Shown: positions 43,410-54,200 of the stretch, one piece after another | Position numbering within the stretch: position 1 is the first letter of the stretch | How the letters are laid out: every line of letters starts with the position of its first letter | Assembly: GCA_964652685.1 (NCBI GenBank) | Contig: CAZZBS010000007.1 | Coordinates: forward strand, 20,544 to 84,543 | Direction: 5' to 3' | Source of the DNA: an uncultured Lentimicrobiaceae bacterium | GTDB taxonomy: Bacteria > Bacteroidota > Bacteroidia > Bacteroidales > SKPS01 | Length of the DNA stretch: 64,000 nucleotides | Translations under genes and position numbers: made by a program | Notes under the pieces: generated by a model | The model's input: the letters and a program-made list of their open reading frames with translations, nothing else | What the model was told of the DNA's origin: nothing | Database searches by the model: none

Positions 43410-44750
43410 TTATTGCCGGGTGATCGTATATACCATGACAGAATTTCCCCCTTTTCCCGATTTTCCCTGTGAGGTTGCCACCAACAACCTGTTATCGGGC
43501 GATATCGCTATTCCCACAGGATAAGAATCAGCCCTGATCGTGGTTATAAGTTTCATATCACTGCTCCTGATCACAACAATCCTGCTGAGGTTATTCACAC
43601 AGGCAAAGATATAACTGCCATCACTGGTAACATCAATGGTTCGCACCCCAGGCCCGGCATAATAACTGGTCCAGTCACGGTAATGTATGATGCTGTCATT
43701 TCCTGAAAATACCGATTCAATCAGATCATGGAGCGAGGTGTACTGGACATTGCCGGTACTGTTTGTACTGAGAATGAGTTTGCCATGACTGATCAGCATG
43801 TGCCTGAGGTTTCTCTTCATTCCCTGGATCGTTGTTCTGTATCGGAAGGAATCGGTTGTAATGACGGCAATGCCTCCGACTCCCCCCATTTTCCCAACCA
43901 GCAACAGTTTCCCGTCAGGGGTAAATACGGTACCCCTGAGACAATTGCCGCACTCAGCATCTCTGTTTATCGTTCTGTTGTCGCCGAAATCATTCCGGGC
44001 CCGCTGGTCGATGATGCAATGTGCCACATACCTGAACAGGGCAGCTGAGTCTCTTTGAATATCGATGATTCCGACCGTATTGTCACCCCAGTGGGTGACG
44101 GCAATATACCGGTTATCGGGCGAACATGCGATCATTTTTGGTAGCGGGCCTGTAGGCATGACCCTAACGATACTGTCAGTTTCTGTATCAATGATGGCCA
44201 GGGCAGAAGGGGATTCTGCATTCAGATCGTAATCTCTCCGGTAATAGGTTACCCAAAGATACTTTCCTCCATGCGACAGGCAGCTTTCAACGGGCTTTCC
44301 GCTGAAAATGTTGTAATTCGTGCGTGAGGACTTGTAGGTATAATCAAACAGAGTATGTTCATTGTTGACAAACAGGGTGCTGTCTTCTTCGTCAAATATA
44401 TGCTGGATCTCCTTTATCTTTTTCAGGCTGGCAGCATCATATACAACCGTTATAAATCCTTCAAGGGAATGAACGTAAAACTTTTTGCCGGAAGGGTGGA
44501 AGATGGCCGACTTGGGTGAATGGATGGCTCGGTCGTATTGATCGTTCCTGTTGCCAGGTGAAGGATTGTACTGCTGAAACCTCCTGATAAGCTGAAGGGC
44601 AATTTCACCGTTGGTAGGCATGGATTTTTCGCCGATTTCAACCCGGACAGGTTCATCATTGGGAGTCTGGGAAGAAACAGAAAAAGATATGGGAAACAGG
44701 AAAGCAATAATGAAACAGATGAATAGGTTGCGGTGGATGATCCGGGTCAT
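43410..44750 (-). CDS. Secreted beta-propeller protein (YncE / lactonase-like repeats), hypothetical
   Basis: 446 aa with a signal peptide. Repeated propeller-blade motifs are FHPSGKKFYVHSL, SPDNRYIAVTHWGDNTVGIIDI, FTPDGKLLLV, VTSDGSYIFACVNNLSRIVVI and ISPDNRLLVATSQG. Confidence 0.65.
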   Translation of the reverse strand: MTRIIHRNLFICFIIAFLFPISFSVSSQTPNDEPVRVEIGEKSMPTNGEIALQLIRRFQQYNPSPGNRNDQYDRAIHSPKSAIFHPSGKKFYVHSLEGFITVVYDAASLKKIKEIQHIFDEEDSTLFVNNEHTLFDYTYKSSRTNYNIFSGKPVESCLSHGGKYLWVTYYRRDYDLNAESPSALAIIDTETDSIVRVMPTGPLPKMIACSPDNRYIAVTHWGDNTVGIIDIQRDSAALFRYVAHCIIDQRARNDFGDNRTINRDAECGNCLRGTVFTPDGKLLLVGKMGGVGGIAVITTDSFRYRTTIQGMKRNLRHMLISHGKLILSTNSTGNVQYTSLHDLIESVFSGNDSIIHYRDWTSYYAGPGVRTIDVTSDGSYIFACVNNLSRIVVIRSSDMKLITTIRADSYPVGIAISPDNRLLVATSQGKSGKGGNSVMVYTITRQ

Positions 44751-44781
44751 ATATTTCGTATGGTTTATGTTGAAAAAGAAA

Positions 44782-45729
44782 TTACCGAACCCTTATCTTT
44801 TGCCCGATCTGTAAGATAGAGGTGGGTTTGAGGTTGTTGAGTTTTACCAGCCTGTTGACAGTAGTATGATGTTTCACAGCGATATGAGATAGTGTCTCTC
44901 CCTTTTTAACGACATGGTATTGTGCCCCGTGTCGACTGGTTTGGGGAGGGGCATCCATCTGGGAGCCTTTATGGCTTTTTGTGACTTTGAAGCTCTGGGC
45001 AGAAAGTACCAGGGTATCGGATTTCAGGGATTGCTGTTCAAAATCAATGGAGAGCATCGGGTCAAATGGGCGATCCCTGTAACGTGTCTCAAAATGAAGG
45101 TGGTCACTGGTCCAGGTGGCACCGGTGTTTCCCCCGGTACCGATCACCTGTCCCGCCTGTATGATTTGATCCGGCTCTACATAGATCCTGTCAAGATGTG
45201 AATAGTAGGTCTCTAATCCATTGAAATGCCTGATAATAATCAGTTTGCCATACCCTCCATTATTGGATTTGGCATACCTTACCTTACCATCGAAGGCCGC
45301 TTTGACCGGTGTCCCTTTGGCCAGTGCAATGTCAACGCCATTGTGAACCCTGCGCCCCCGCCAGCCAAACCCGGAATAGATCCGGTTACTGTGTGGCAAA
45401 ACAAATTTCCGCAGTGAGTCCTGCAGGATCAGGATAGCTGTGTCGGTCGTTAATCCTGAAGCGGTGTTGTAAGAAAAGGTGATGTCATTGTTCCAGTGGT
45501 CAAGGAAAAGTGCCATCGTATCGGAAATCGCTTTGTCACGTGCTATGATCAGGCAATCGACAAGGTAAGCCCAGGTGTTGTTTTCATAAATCACCGCCTC
45601 TTTCCCCAATAGACGGATGGTGTCAATCACATTGGTTTCGGCCGTGGGTCTTTGTGCTGACACCGGCAATACCGTATGCAGCAGTAGCGTTGTTAATGCG
45701 ACTGCATATCTGATCTTTGCTGGGAACAT
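44782..45729 (-). CDS. M23 family metallopeptidase with a C-terminal LysM domain
   Basis: M23 motifs are HNGVDIALAKGTPV and SDHLHFETR. The C-terminal LysM is YHVVKKGETLSHIAVKHHTTVNRLVKLNNL...GQKIRV. The start is re-called to M20 (MFPAKIRYAVALTTLLLHTVLPVSAQ). Confidence 0.85.
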   Translation of the reverse strand: MFPAKIRYAVALTTLLLHTVLPVSAQRPTAETNVIDTIRLLGKEAVIYENNTWAYLVDCLIIARDKAISDTMALFLDHWNNDITFSYNTASGLTTDTAILILQDSLRKFVLPHSNRIYSGFGWRGRRVHNGVDIALAKGTPVKAAFDGKVRYAKSNNGGYGKLIIIRHFNGLETYYSHLDRIYVEPDQIIQAGQVIGTGGNTGATWTSDHLHFETRYRDRPFDPMLSIDFEQQSLKSDTLVLSAQSFKVTKSHKGSQMDAPPQTSRHGAQYHVVKKGETLSHIAVKHHTTVNRLVKLNNLKPTSILQIGQKIRVR

Positions 45730-45754
45730 AATGGATGAAGGTTTTATTCCTGTA

Positions 45755-46723
45755 TCAGGACAGGGGTTGGTTATCCCTCGAAGCAATCCTGATCACCTCT
45801 TCGTAATCAGCTGGTTTCAGGTCATTGTAGAAATAATGGATCGGATTGACTTTTTGGTTATTCTTGATTACCTCGTAATGCAGGTGGGGTGCCACAGAAA
45901 GGCCACTGCTCCCGACATAGCCGATCAGTTCACCTCTTTTGACATGTTTGCCGGGCCTTACGACACTGCGACTGAGATGAGCATACAAAGACTGGTAGCC
46001 AAAACCATGGTCGATCAGAACATGAACACCATACCCTCCCATGCCAGAAGAAGGCATTGTCACAGTACCGTCGCCTGATGCATAAACAGGGGTGCCTCTT
46101 TTCATTGCGATGTCAACCCCGGTGTGCATCCTCCTTGTACGGTAGATTGGATGGATCCTGTAACCAAATCCCGATACAATGTTTTTTGCCCCATCCCTGA
46201 TAGGGACAATGGCCGGTATGCTGGCCATCATCTTCTCCTTCTGCCTGGCCAATTCAAAAACCCTGTCAAATGACCTTGACTGAACCACCAGCCGGCGGCT
46301 GATATCATCTACCCTCCTCGCAGTCTTTAGCAATTCATCCCGGCTGTTATACCCCTCAAGATGCCTGTATCTGTCGGCACCCCCGATGCCGCTGTTTCGT
46401 TCCGGTTCCGGTACCGGTTCCGCATTTAAGATAACCCTGTATAGATTGTCATCCCGGTATTCCAGGTCTGCAAGCACTTTGTCTATCTTATCCAACTGGT
46501 CAACAATAACCTGGTTCTGAAGTCTGTAGTGTTCTATCTCCCGCCTCAGGGCTTTCTCCTTTGGAGAATCAACCAGTTGAAAAGAAACGATGGTGGTGAT
46601 AACGGCGAAAATGACCGCAATGATTACATAAGATCCCAGGCGCAACAACCGCTCTTTTAATGTTACCTCAACCCGTTCTATCTCCAGGGACTTGGGATTA
46701 AATTTGTATCTTGGTTTCGCCAT
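45755..46723 (-). CDS. M23 family metallopeptidase (membrane-anchored, coiled-coil N-region)
   Basis: 322 aa. The TM anchor is LGSYVIIAVIFAVITTIVSF. M23 motifs are HTGVDIAMKRGTPVYASGDG and APHLHYEV. Confidence 0.85.
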   Translation of the reverse strand: MAKPRYKFNPKSLEIERVEVTLKERLLRLGSYVIIAVIFAVITTIVSFQLVDSPKEKALRREIEHYRLQNQVIVDQLDKIDKVLADLEYRDDNLYRVILNAEPVPEPERNSGIGGADRYRHLEGYNSRDELLKTARRVDDISRRLVVQSRSFDRVFELARQKEKMMASIPAIVPIRDGAKNIVSGFGYRIHPIYRTRRMHTGVDIAMKRGTPVYASGDGTVTMPSSGMGGYGVHVLIDHGFGYQSLYAHLSRSVVRPGKHVKRGELIGYVGSSGLSVAPHLHYEVIKNNQKVNPIHYFYNDLKPADYEEVIRIASRDNQPLS

Positions 46724-46756
46724 TCGCTCCGTTCAGGTTATGTTCATAAGATGCTG

Positions 46757-46764
46757 CAAAATTA
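46757..46764 (-). promoter_or_regulatory. -7 box TAATTTTG (minus strand) upstream of the M23 gene string
   Basis: The plus strand reads CAAAATTA, 34 nt upstream of the start at 46723. It sits back to back with the alaS box. Confidence 0.4.
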
Positions 46765-46774
46765 TTTGTTTGGT

Positions 46775-46782
46775 TAACTTTG
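46775..46782 (+). promoter_or_regulatory. -7 box TAACTTTG upstream of alaS
   Basis: Exact TAnnTTTG match, 54 nt upstream of ATG 46836. Confidence 0.4.
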
Positions 46783-46835
46783 CAGCCCGGCCAGATGTTA
46801 ATAAAAGTTAATCAATTGAAATTGAAATATATAAC

Positions 46836-49475
46836 ATGAAGGCATTGACCAGCCAGCAGATCAGGCAGCAATTTATGGATTTTTTTGTTTCAAAAGGACA
46901 TAAAATATATCCTTCAGCTCCCATGGTGGTAAAGGATGATCCTACTCTTATGTTTACCAATGCCGGCATGAACCAGTTTAAGGATGTGTTTCTGGGGAAC
47001 AGGGAATCCTCCTGGAAACGTATTGCCAATTCGCAAAAATGCCTTCGTGTGTCGGGCAAACATAATGACCTGGAAGAGGTGGGACATGACTCCTATCACC
47101 ACACCATGTTCGAAATGCTTGGAAACTGGTCTTTTGGAGATTATTTCAAGGAGGAGGCCATTGCATGGGCATGGGAACTGTTGACAGAGGTTTTTAAGAT
47201 CCATGGCAGCCGGTTGTATGCTACCGTATTCGAAGGGGATGAAAAGGAAGGGCTCCAGGAGGATAAGGAGGCACGAATGATCTGGAAACGCTATCTTCCG
47301 GAAGACCATATTTTATACGGATCGAAAAAGGATAATTTTTGGGAGATGGGGGATACAGGCCCTTGTGGACCTTGTTCGGAGATCCATATCGACCTGAGGG
47401 AGGAGAAAGACCGGAGGCAGCTTCCAGGTGCTACCCTTATCAATAAAGATCATCCGGAGGTGATCGAGATCTGGAACCTGGTGTTTATTCAGTTTAACCG
47501 TCTTGTGGATGGAAAACTTGTCCCGCTCCCCAGCAGGCATGTGGATACAGGCATGGGTTTCGAACGGCTTTGCAGGATCCTCCAGGGTAAGGATTCAAAT
47601 TACGACACTGATATTTTTCAGCAGGTGATTTGGAAAGCCACTGTATTGGCTGGAAAGGAATATGGTGCTGATGAAAGGACCGATGTCGCTTTCCGTGTTA
47701 TTGCAGACCATCTCCGGGCTGTCTCCTTCTCCATCGCTGATGGACAGATCCCTTCCAATGTCAGAGCCGGGTATGTGATACGCCGTATCCTCCGGAGAGC
47801 CATCCGCTATGGCTATACCTACCTGGGTTTCAGGGAACCGTTTATCCATCTGCTCGTTCCGGAACTGGTGGCACAAATGGGCGGTCATTACCCGGAACTG
47901 AAGGCACAGCAGCAGTTGATCACAAGGGTGATAGCTGAAGAGGAAATCGCATTCCTGCGGACATTGGAAACCGGGATCAACCTGCTGGAGCAGATGATCA
48001 CCAGGCTTATGGATACCGGAAATAAAGTACTGGACGGAAAAACAGCGTTTCTGCTTTATGACACCTATGGTTTTCCCCTCGATCTGACTGCACTCATCCT
48101 TTCGGAGCATGGCCTGGCCGTGGATCAGGAAGGGTATACTGCTGAAATGACCAACCAGAAAAACCGGTCACGGGACGCAGCCAGGTTAGAAACTGATGAC
48201 TGGACCATTGTGACAGAAGATGCAGAAGAGGAGGGATTCATCGGATATGATCAGACCGAATCGCTCATACAGATCCTACGTTACAGAAAAGTCATGACCC
48301 GGGATAAGGTTTTTTATCAGCTTGTCTTCAATAAAACCCCTTTCTATCCCGAGTCGGGCGGACAGGTGGGTGATAAAGGTATCATTACAGATCCTGAAAC
48401 CCGGGAGAAGATACCTGTATTAAATACGAAGTTTGAAAACCAGCTGATTGTGCATCTGGTCGAAAAACTCCCGGCAGATCCTCATGGCCGTTTTACCGCA
48501 ACGGTGGATGAAGAAGCAAGACAGAATACCGCGAGGAACCATTCGGCAACCCATCTTCTGCATCATGCATTGCGCAGGATTCTTGGGCCACATGTGGAAC
48601 AGAAGGGTTCACTGGTGCATCCCGACTATTTCCGGTTCGATTTCTCCCACTTCGGAAAAATGACCAAAGAGGAGATCCGGGACACCGAAGAGCTGGTCAA
48701 TGCTATGATCATGAATCCCTTGAGAAGGGATGAAAAACGTGATGTGCCGCTTGAGGAAGCAAAAGCGATGGGAGCTATGTCCCTTTTTGGTGAGAAGTAC
48801 GGTGAAAAAGTGCGGGTGATCCGGTTCGGGGAATCGGTTGAACTGTGCGGAGGTACCCATGTGCTTGATACAGCTGAAATCGGGGTTTTTAAGATCCTTT
48901 CGGAGGGAGCCATAGCCGCCGGCATCCGAAGGATTGAAGCAATTACCGGGAAGAGCGCCAGGGCCTATTATGAAGAGCAGGTTGCCACGGTGCACGCGTT
49001 GAAAGAGCTTGTCCGCAATTATAACGATCCCTTGAGGAGCGTACAGGAAATGATGGAGAAAAACGATCGGCTGGAAAAAGAAATCCAGGAACTGTCGAAA
49101 GCAAAAGTGGCTGTTGCTGTCCGGGAAATCATGGCCGGGGAGACAATCCTTGCCGGCATACGCTTTATCGGCACCTCAACTACACTCTCTATGGCTGATA
49201 TAAAGGACCTGGCATTCCGCCTCCGTGAATCAGAGTCCAATCTTGTCATGTTGCTTACCACCATCCATGACGAAAAAGCGGGGATCGCTGTTTTTGTGAC
49301 GCCGGACCTTATCAGGGGAAAAAACCTGCATGCAGCAGATATTGTGAAGAAGGTGGCTCCGTTGATCCAGGGCGGGGGAGGCGGACAGGATTTTTTTGCT
49401 ACGGCAGGCGGCAAAAATATCCAGGGATTAACCATGGTGATGGATAAAGTGAAGGATCTGATTCAGGAACCCTGA
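46836..49475 (+). CDS. alaS: Alanine--tRNA ligase
   Basis: 879 aa. Motifs are FTNAGMNQFKDVFLG, GPCGPCSEIH, the editing-domain HSATHLLHHALR...CGGTHV and a C-terminal DHHA1-like GGGGGQDFFATAGG. Confidence 0.95.
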   Translation: MKALTSQQIRQQFMDFFVSKGHKIYPSAPMVVKDDPTLMFTNAGMNQFKDVFLGNRESSWKRIANSQKCLRVSGKHNDLEEVGHDSYHHTMFEMLGNWSFGDYFKEEAIAWAWELLTEVFKIHGSRLYATVFEGDEKEGLQEDKEARMIWKRYLPEDHILYGSKKDNFWEMGDTGPCGPCSEIHIDLREEKDRRQLPGATLINKDHPEVIEIWNLVFIQFNRLVDGKLVPLPSRHVDTGMGFERLCRILQGKDSNYDTDIFQQVIWKATVLAGKEYGADERTDVAFRVIADHLRAVSFSIADGQIPSNVRAGYVIRRILRRAIRYGYTYLGFREPFIHLLVPELVAQMGGHYPELKAQQQLITRVIAEEEIAFLRTLETGINLLEQMITRLMDTGNKVLDGKTAFLLYDTYGFPLDLTALILSEHGLAVDQEGYTAEMTNQKNRSRDAARLETDDWTIVTEDAEEEGFIGYDQTESLIQILRYRKVMTRDKVFYQLVFNKTPFYPESGGQVGDKGIITDPETREKIPVLNTKFENQLIVHLVEKLPADPHGRFTATVDEEARQNTARNHSATHLLHHALRRILGPHVEQKGSLVHPDYFRFDFSHFGKMTKEEIRDTEELVNAMIMNPLRRDEKRDVPLEEAKAMGAMSLFGEKYGEKVRVIRFGESVELCGGTHVLDTAEIGVFKILSEGAIAAGIRRIEAITGKSARAYYEEQVATVHALKELVRNYNDPLRSVQEMMEKNDRLEKEIQELSKAKVAVAVREIMAGETILAGIRFIGTSTTLSMADIKDLAFRLRESESNLVMLLTTIHDEKAGIAVFVTPDLIRGKNLHAADIVKKVAPLIQGGGGGQDFFATAGGKNIQGLTMVMDKVKDLIQEP

Positions 49476-49960
49476 TTGCTGACATCTCTTGATAACAGGC
49501 AGATAGCCATGGCTTCAATGGCTTTTCCTTCTCCGATGATCCCTATGCGTTCACCTGTCTTCGCCTTGACCGAAATATTGGCGGCCTCTGTCACAAGAAT
49601 TCCGGAAAGGGATTGCTGAATGGCCGGTATAAACGGGGATAGTTTAGGCTCCTGCAGGTGAACGGTTGTGTCAATGTTTATGATTTTCCAGCCTTTTTCC
49701 CGCACCAGATCGACCACCTTTTTCAGGAAGCCAATACTGGAAACGCCTTTATATTGTGGATCAGTATCGGGGAAATGAAAACCAATATCCCTCAAGGCCA
49801 AAGCACCCAGGATGGCATCACAGATGGCATGGATCAGCACATCACCATCAGAGTGTCCGCTGCTTCCTCTCTGCCAGGGAATGGTGATGCCCCCCAGTAC
49901 CAGTGGTGCCCCTTCTGTCAGCTTGTGGAGGTCTGTACCGATGCCGACTCTGAAATCCAT
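49463..49960 (-). CDS. ispF: 2-C-methyl-D-erythritol 2,4-cyclodiphosphate synthase
   Basis: Motifs are RVGIGTDLHKL, GHSDGDVLIHAICDAILGA and PKLSPF. The 3' end overlaps the alaS 3' end by 13 nt. Confidence 0.9.
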   Translation of the reverse strand: MDFRVGIGTDLHKLTEGAPLVLGGITIPWQRGSSGHSDGDVLIHAICDAILGALALRDIGFHFPDTDPQYKGVSSIGFLKKVVDLVREKGWKIINIDTTVHLQEPKLSPFIPAIQQSLSGILVTEAANISVKAKTGERIGIIGEGKAIEAMAICLLSRDVSNQGS

Positions 49961-49992
49961 CAGGTTGTGGTATTGTGTTGAACATGATTCGT

Positions 49993-51219
49993 CTATTTCC
50001 TACCGCCGAGCGCTTCGAAATCGAACAGGATGGAAAAACGAAGGGTGTTTTCAAGGGGATTCTGCTGCCCTGTTGGGATGAGATAGGAAAAATCAAGTCC
50101 GAATACATTCAGCTTCAGGCCAACACCCAGTGTAAAATATTTCCTGTTACCCTTGGTGGCATGCTCGTGAAAATATCCGGCACGGAATGCAAACTGCCTG
50201 TCATACCAGTATTCAGCGCCTATTGAAATGCTGATTTCACGGATCTCCTCCGTGAAGCCCAGGGGTGCATCTGAAAACGACTGGAAAATACCGGTCACCA
50301 CACCCACATCATTGCTTTTGCCCTTGTCAATGATGTAATTACCCTGTTGGTCAACTTCCGGTAATCCTGTGGTATCGTTGAATTTGTACTGAGGGGGGGA
50401 GGGTACCAGCAACTTGTTGAAATCGACCATGACGGCGAGGGAATTATAGTCATCGAGTTCGGTTTCGAAGGCGGTGCCTATCCTGAGATTGGTAGGGATA
50501 AAATCTTTGGAAACCGTTTCGGTATAGGAAACTTTTGCTCCGATATTCGAGATATTAACACCAAGCGAATAAAAGGAATTTTGTCCGTTCAGTTTCATGG
50601 GCAGGCGGTAATAGGCGGCTACATCCCCTGCTACAGTCTGGCCGGCATTGGATTGCATTCCTCCGACAAATCTGTTGCCGGTAAGATTCGAGTAGATATA
50701 ACGGAAACCAATGGCACCGGAAAAATTTTTGGTGAGTTTTGAGCTGTACGCAATGTCAACGGCATATTCGCTGGGAGAGAAGGTGCCGATATCCTGGCCG
50801 ATGTCATTGGTGAACTGTATTTCACCCAGGGAAAAGAACAGGAGCGATGCTGAGATAGCATCCCGTTCGTTATTCAGCTTATAGTAAAATGAAAGATATC
50901 CAAGATCAATGTCATCCACCAGTTTCTTCATCCAGGGTGAATAGGAAACGGAAAATCCCATCTGGTTTTTTATGAATGCATATTTGGCCGGGTTCCAGTG
51001 CTGCGAGAAGGCATCGGGGGATGATGCGGCACCCGCGTCCCCCATAGCTCCTGAACGTGCATCGGGTGCAATCATCAGGAATGGGACAGCCGTGGTGATG
51101 GTGTTGATTTTACCCTGCCCGAATAGTCCCTGGTAGGTTGTTTGAGAAGTGGAGATCATTGCTGGTAAAAGCATCATTGCCAGTATGATCGCCCTAAACT
51201 TACATCTGTTGATCTTCAT
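49993..51219 (-). CDS. porV: Type IX secretion system outer-membrane protein PorV (LptO)
   Basis: 408 aa with a signal peptide. The hallmark N-terminal block is ITTAVPFLMIAPDARSGAMGDAGAASSPD. The remainder is FadL-like barrel sequence. It lies immediately downstream of porU. Confidence 0.85.
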   Translation of the reverse strand: MKINRCKFRAIILAMMLLPAMISTSQTTYQGLFGQGKINTITTAVPFLMIAPDARSGAMGDAGAASSPDAFSQHWNPAKYAFIKNQMGFSVSYSPWMKKLVDDIDLGYLSFYYKLNNERDAISASLLFFSLGEIQFTNDIGQDIGTFSPSEYAVDIAYSSKLTKNFSGAIGFRYIYSNLTGNRFVGGMQSNAGQTVAGDVAAYYRLPMKLNGQNSFYSLGVNISNIGAKVSYTETVSKDFIPTNLRIGTAFETELDDYNSLAVMVDFNKLLVPSPPQYKFNDTTGLPEVDQQGNYIIDKGKSNDVGVVTGIFQSFSDAPLGFTEEIREISISIGAEYWYDRQFAFRAGYFHEHATKGNRKYFTLGVGLKLNVFGLDFSYLIPTGQQNPLENTLRFSILFDFEALGGRK

Positions 51220-51244
51220 GAATATGGTCGTGTTTAATCGTGTG

Positions 51245-51252
51245 CAAAATTA
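51245..51252 (-). promoter_or_regulatory. -7 box TAATTTTG (minus strand) in the porU-porV gap
   Basis: The plus strand reads CAAAATTA, 26 nt upstream of the porV start at 51219. Confidence 0.4.
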
Positions 51253-51269
51253 TGAAAAAAAACAATGGA

Positions 51270-54200
51270 TTACCTTAGTATTACGAGCTTTTCAAATTTC
51301 TCCGTGCTTTTCAGCTCTCTGTTCCTGATGGTTACTTTATACACATAAACTCCCCTGGCCAGCCGGTCCCCGTAATCATCAAGTCCGTCCCACGGTATGG
51401 GTTCTGCCCTGAAACCAATGGTAGAAACCGTTTTTTGTATGGTTTTTACCAGTTTGCCGGATACAGTGAATACATCAATCCTGACATCAAGGTCGCAGCA
51501 GGGCTGATTATGCTCAAACCAGAATTCGGTGTATGTGGTGAAAGGATTGGGATAATTAAGTACATGGGTCAGTATCGGCTTGTCCGAGGATGCCACCACA
51601 AATTCGGTATAGGCTTCGGATGAGTTATTGAAGATGTCCCAGACTTTCAGATTCAGGTGATGGGGTCCATCTGCAAGATTGGACAACCCGTAGGTCACCG
51701 TACCCGAATTGTAGGAGTCGAGGTCAGCTTCATAATAATCGTTGAGGATGATCGATTTGGTTGAGTTCCCGTCCAGCACTGCCACGATATCATGGCCTAT
51801 GCCGCTCCCGGAAGTGTTGATCCCATATTCATCCTTCAGAAGAGCCAGTAAAACGGGATTTGCATCCGTTGTGCCTCCGAAAACAAAGCTGGAATCGTTG
51901 AGGTAAAGCCTTATCTCAGGTCCTGTATTATCCGTGATGGAAACATCCGAGGTACCCCCAATAACGATATTATCGTAATAACCGTGTGCATCTTCTGTCC
52001 CGTTTTCTGCGTAATAGCTGATTTTCCCAAAACCATAAGCGTAGGCGATGTCTTTTGGGACAATGAATGAAAAACTGAAATGGCCATTGCTCACAGTGAC
52101 TTTTCCTTTGAACAGGGAATTTTTTTGCAGCCAGAAATTCTTCGCATAACTTAAGGGATCGTTGGCGAGGGTGGTAAAAGTAGTTTTTTTATCCAGTACT
52201 ACAGGGTAAAGGATGCCGTTGAAATCCTGCAGTACCTGGTCCTGCTGGTCTGTCACAATCCCTTTGACCGTAACTTTTGAGAGGGCTTTGAGGGTATCTG
52301 GCGTAGCACTGATCGCACTGTCGTTGATATGAGTCGTAACCACCTTGTGTTTCGGGTAGGCCAGCATCAGGGCTGGGTCACCAAGGACAACCATGTTTCG
52401 GTTACTGGATACCGAGCCGGATTCAATTTTCGATAACATGAAGACATCCCCTATGCGTGGATATAAACCATTCTGTTTCTTGAAGACATTTTTGTAAAAG
52501 GCAGTATTGAATGCATAGTTGCTGCTGGCAAAAGCAAGACGGGTAGTAGTGAACATTGCGATACCTCCTCCGTTTGGGTTCAGGTAAACATCCTCTCCTG
52601 CCGATCTCCTGGCAGGATCGTCAAAACGGCTGAATTCACAGGTAGAGGTCAGAAAAAGCGGCATATGGTAAGCATTGGACCATAAGAGGATATCTTCAAT
52701 ACGCAATATCCGTTCATGTGCCCAGCCAAGTTCTCCACCGTGCCCGATATAGTTTATAATCAGTGAACCCTTTTCAAGCTGCTTGTTAATGGCATCGTTC
52801 ACATCAGGATAACGATGACCGCCCGATATCGATTCCTGTTTATAGGCGTCGATGTAAATCTTGTTCAGGTTATAAACCCCGTGGTTGGCATCACAATAGT
52901 CGGTAAGCAGTTCAGCCTGGTCAATGTGCAGGTTTGAATCTTCATCATCTGCAACGATACAGATAGTGTTCCTCCAATCGGCCAGAGGTTTCGTCGCGCC
53001 TGCTCCTGCACAAATGGTAGTGGCCAATAGGTCACTGTTATCGCTTATGTAACGTATCACTTTATCCACCATCTGAGCTGCCTCCTGGGCAGTGGCAACA
53101 GGAATCCTCCCAACGGCAAGATCAAGGGCACCGGAGGCATTCAGACCTTCATGGTCATCCAGCATGCCGTAAAAATCGTCTGTCACATAAGAATAGGCAG
53201 GGTGAAGACTTTCATCGGACTGGTAGGTCGGAATGAAATTCGTATTGTTTGCGAGCCTGTTCTTGTTATCATAAGATCCATCCCCGAAAAGCAAAAGGTA
53301 TCCGGGTAGTTCGTCTGGCGTGACAGCCCTGTCATAGAGCATTTTCATAAAGTCCCGGATGGCGGTCGGATCCTGTTTCCCTGATGAAAACTCGTTGTAA
53401 ACCATGCCGGGCGTAACCACAAGGCAGGAGAGGCCACTGTGCTGTTCGTGAATCCCGGCAAGCCTTTTAGCCTGGGTTAAAAATTCCGGGTGGCTGATAA
53501 TGACCATATCTACCTGTTTGCTGCCCTGTAAATCCTGGTTGGTGACCTTTCCCATGATGTCTGCCGTCAGATAGCCGGTACCCTGGTGCGCAATAAATTC
53601 TCTGAGTACTTCTGCATCTGAAATGAATGAATAAATGTTGCCCAGTAGATTTCCCTGCACAAGTTCGGGGATGAGTGGGTTAGTGATGTCCCATATTCCG
53701 GTGGATGCATTGCTTTGGTCAAGAGAATACTGTGCCCTGTTACCCGGTCCAGTTACCCCCGTTTCCCTGAATACCATCTGATTCCCTGACATTCTCAGGG
53801 TTCGGCGCAGATTAACCAGAATATAGTCGAGCCATCCGACCGAGGAGGAAAGAGGCTTGCTGTATGTTATCGTTACCGGAATGGCGTTTCCAGAGGTATT
53901 GAAGGTGAGTTCTTTGAAGACCTGGTTGGCATACTGGCTGTTGTAACCCGTTGAGACATGAAAGATCCCTGCACTGGCAGAATGGGTGCCCGATTGAATT
54001 GTGACTGTACTTGCGGACAATGACCTTGCAACAAAAGAGGTTTGAATTTCCACGGGGCTCCCGGGATCAATATTCGGAAATGAAAAACTGAAAGAGTAGG
54101 TCGTGCGGATGTCAAATTCTTCTCCCAGCCATAGTTTGCCCGACTTGATAAGATTAAGTGAGTCGTTTTCATAGATAGCATAATCACGGAAAGATGTGAC

